This document shows positions 33,860 to 34,985 of a stretch of 34,985 bases of DNA, in pieces. A program made the position numbers and the translations under genes. Source of the stretch: Octopus bimaculoides (lineage: Eukaryota); assembly GCF_001194135.2 (NCBI RefSeq), contig NC_068982.1, positions 11,282,106 through 11,317,090 of the forward strand, given 5' to 3'. Numbering within the stretch: position 1 is the stretch's first letter; every line of letters starts with the position of its first letter. The notes under the pieces were generated by a model. That model ran no database searches and was not told the DNA's origin. It saw only the letters and a list, made by a program, of their open reading frames with translations.

Positions 33860-34985
33860 GCAGTCTCTTATAAATTGAAGAATTAAATTTTTTTTTGAGA
33901 ACTAATTTGGGTTTGAATGCAGAATGTAGACACAAAGGACATATGAGAGAGAAAGAGAGAGAGAGAGAGGGAGGGAGAGACTCAAAAATGAGTAATGCCT
34001 AGTTTTCAAGAATAGGTTTATCAAAATTACAACTAGAAGCCAATAAGACTAACTCATCACTTTTTTTTTTTCATATAAATCTTTTTCTTCTGTGTGTGTG
34101 GTGTTTGTGTGTGTATATTCACAATAAATAAATAAAATTAAATAATAATAAATAATAAATTAGAATAAAAGTAGAAAATAGAAAGTGACTACTGCCTGGA
34201 CATCTACGTAAATGCAATACTCTAAGAGATCAAAATCATCCATATGTCGTTAGGTTTGAATGCTTATTACATTTAATCTACTATCATCAATGTGCAATTA
34301 ACACAAAATTACCTTAAGTGATATGCACAATTTCTTGTGTGATACCTTCTGTAGAGCTTTTCTATATAAATATAAAACATTATTTTGAGATAATACTCAA
34401 GAAAACAGACTACCAAAGAAATTTAGGGGAAAATCTTTATCCTTTAGTAACAAAAAAAAAGAAAGAAAAATGGAACTTTGACTTTGGCAACTTCCTAGCT
34501 TAAAGCAGGAAACAATCAAGAAATGTCTAACAAGAAGCAGACTGTTATTGAAAATTTTATGGATCAATAAAACAATGGAATCAAAATGGTATTGTAACTC
34601 ATAAGGCAAAAAGAGAGTTAAATATATTTTTAGCACAAGTCATTATCAAAATTCAATTGATTCCTAATAAAATTTTGTGAATTTAATATTTTTTTTTTTT
34701 TGAAAAATAGGAATAGCTAAATTTTCCAACCACCTTAGAATATTTTTTTTTTTTTTTCAAGTAACTTTGGAGTGTTTCTGTAGTTCTAGACAAAATTGTA
34801 ATGCTCTCACGCAAGTCTTTGAATTGATATTTGAATAAAAAAAATAAAAAAAAGAAACCCTAATATTCTTCACTATTTGGGGTGGACAAAGTGTTTCAAA
34901 TTTTGTCTATTTTGATAGAAATGTGGGAATGCAGGTGGTGGTGGTGGTGGAGGCGGATGACTTAGTATAAGAGGGGAAGGTAATG

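Overview
AT-rich eukaryotic genomic DNA with three N-gaps (~12439-13365, 14604-15215, 28475-29423). The SINE families, microsatellites and composition resemble an octopus/cephalopod genome (inference, not tested). One protein-coding gene is well supported: a + strand phosphatidylethanolamine-binding protein (PEBP/RKIP family) gene. It has four identifiable coding exons (2747-2772, 3189-3309, 4766-4903, 8560-8786) with GT-AG junctions that join in frame; its N-terminal exon was not found. Positions 1-26900 are dense with tRNA-derived SINEs (several with clean target-site duplications, several nested, apparently built from interchangeable head and tail modules), MITEs, a decayed long-TIR mariner, a Tc1-like IR/DR end and RTE-like LINE remnants. 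A 158-bp palindrome whose arms carry a Penelope-type minimal hammerhead-like motif is the most unusual element. Positions 27000-34985 are almost free of interspersed repeats and A-skewed, compatible with a long 3' UTR or intron of an unidentified minus-strand gene. No CRISPR array or prokaryotic system is present. Most listed ORFs are microsatellite or N-gap artefacts.
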